This document shows positions 63,801-64,000 of a DNA stretch of 64,000 nt, piece by piece. This stretch comes from Macrostomum hystrix (taxonomy: Eukaryota > Animalia > Platyhelminthes). Each line of letters begins with the position of its first letter. Position 1 is the stretch's first letter. Under the pieces are notes generated by a model that did no database searches, had not been told where the DNA came from, and saw only the letters and a program-made list of their open reading frames with translations. The translations under genes were made by a program, and so were the position numbers. Location of the stretch: assembly GCA_950097015.1 (NCBI GenBank), contig CATNEN010000003.1, forward strand, positions 8,990,001 through 9,054,000, written 5' to 3'.

Positions 63801-64000
63801 GATAGCTGCCAACAGTGGCTGCGGATGAGCCGACAGCTTCGCTATTTGACGGCGCATTCAATCCAGACGAAGCTCCGGCGTTAGCACCGCCGCTGCCACC
63901 AGCTGCTACAGCGACTGCGCCGGCAGCCGCGCCACCGTTATTATCGTCCGGCATATCATCGTCGGGATCGTCTTCGTCCGACAGAAAGTCGTCCTCGGAT
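42881..64000 (-). CDS. UBR5: UBR5/EDD/hyd HECT E3 ubiquitin ligase, 3' portion (5' part lies beyond the window)
   Basis: Exons >64000-63250, 63045-62689, 62466-61666, 46902-46531, 45214-44886, 44449-44140, 43411-42881, phases consistent. MLLE/PABC motif [47 protein letters not shown], catalytic [17 protein letters not shown] and C-terminal FGFV. Confidence 0.96.
43490..43742 (-). mobile_element. tRNA-derived SINE (family B), most complete copy
   Basis: Minus strand GGCTTGTAGCCTAGTGGTTAG...GGTCGGGGGTTCGATTCCC head followed by the body shared with 18310-18490. Confidence 0.8.
44685..44795 (+). mobile_element. tRNA-derived SINE head (family B), followed by (TGAA)n
   Basis: GGTTGTAGCCTAGTGG...GGTCAGGGGTTCGATTCCTG. 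Confidence 0.7.
45310..46240. repeat. Intronic 35-bp minisatellite (AATAGACTAGAAATCACACTCCCTATTAGATGAGA)
   Basis: Tandem array. Confidence 0.97.
47025..47480. repeat. ~21-25-bp G-tract minisatellite (GTCAATGGATTTTTAGAGAGGG)
   Basis: Tandem array with variable homopolymer lengths. Confidence 0.93.
48280..48460. repeat. GAGATGAGACAGGG minisatellite
   Basis: Same family as 1-375. Confidence 0.88.
51245..51979 (+). CDS. Nested antisense gene in a UBR5 intron: 244-aa four-transmembrane protein (MS4A/CD20-like topology)
   Basis: Four hydrophobic segments, a Cys pair in the first loop, TM2 [21 protein letters not shown], Cys-containing juxtamembrane tail, and a splice acceptor TTTTTTTAG ending at 51223 just before the ATG. 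Confidence 0.82.
   Translation: MNCQASTSSAAAAAAAAALGTESNSASGSTITTPMSGSRRQRQLQQNRQRQPQAWGWRQRFTSPDHFVFNAFIVLVLASGLIVVESFQFFFCYLANLDCLDLYSSPPAALLYGSGLIIGVYLLLPGVLCLVAARRAPGVIETAMWTCIIGIVLIVILLAATVFEVSQYARLVTRSTTNRGKHSVNLLMCLACITLAGVQLAFLSMETCVCRASLRCQRKGYQMASSDVPAEDRFNYDEDGPTSL
54737..55155. mobile_element. hAT (Charlie-type) MITE, 419 bp
   Basis: TIRs CAGGGGTCGGCAAAC / GTTTGCCTACCCCTG, subterminal CGGCCC motifs, and exact 8-bp TSD AATTATAA (54729-54736 and 55156-55163). Confidence 0.95.
55835..57615. repeat. 30-bp minisatellite (CCCTAGATCTAACTAGAAAAGTTGGGCTTT) grading into the GGGATTTCCCTAGTCCTAACTCGAAATCTC variant
   Basis: Long tandem array. Confidence 0.97.
58283..59092. repeat. 33-bp minisatellite (TTTGGGACTCGTAGTAGCTCTACCACTAGTAAC)
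   Basis: Tandem array. Confidence 0.97.
60090..60592. repeat. 30-bp minisatellite (GGGATTTCCCTAGTCGTAACTAGAAATCTC)
   Basis: Same unit as 57300-57615. Confidence 0.93.
61210..61560. repeat. 37-bp minisatellite (GACAGCTAAGGGTGAGATCAAGGAATGAGAGAGATGA)
   Basis: Tandem array next to a UBR5 donor site. Confidence 0.92.

Overview
Eukaryotic (metazoan) genomic DNA with GT-AG introns, most of the longer ones filled by minisatellites. This architecture resembles the flatworm Macrostomum, but that assignment is inference only. From hand-built splice models the window holds: ABCE1 (minus, 5 coding exons, 600 aa); an intact, very young Ty3/gypsy LTR retrotransposon (8063-17003, minus, 799-bp LTRs, TTAA target duplication, gag, -1 frameshifted pol, plus a third non-env ORF); AUH-like enoyl-CoA hydratase (plus); the phosphate exporter XPR1 (plus, 10 coding exons); an intronless secreted 16-Cys protein; the 3' part of UBR5 (minus) with a 4-TM gene nested antisense in a 14.8-kb intron; two MITEs; two SINE families; and about 20 tandem arrays. 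Three observations stand out. (1) The LTR U5 end carries three tandem ~42-bp 'LTR-end + primer-binding-site' cassettes with different tRNA-Leu-like PBS sequences. (2) Retrotransposon ORF3 has its own internal CCAAT/TATA promoter and encodes a soluble acidic, SIM-like, Q-rich protein. (3) A TATA-preceded 338-codon exon inside XPR1 can splice in frame to the transmembrane exons and replace the SPX sensor domain. No database searches were run; family calls rest on motif recognition.
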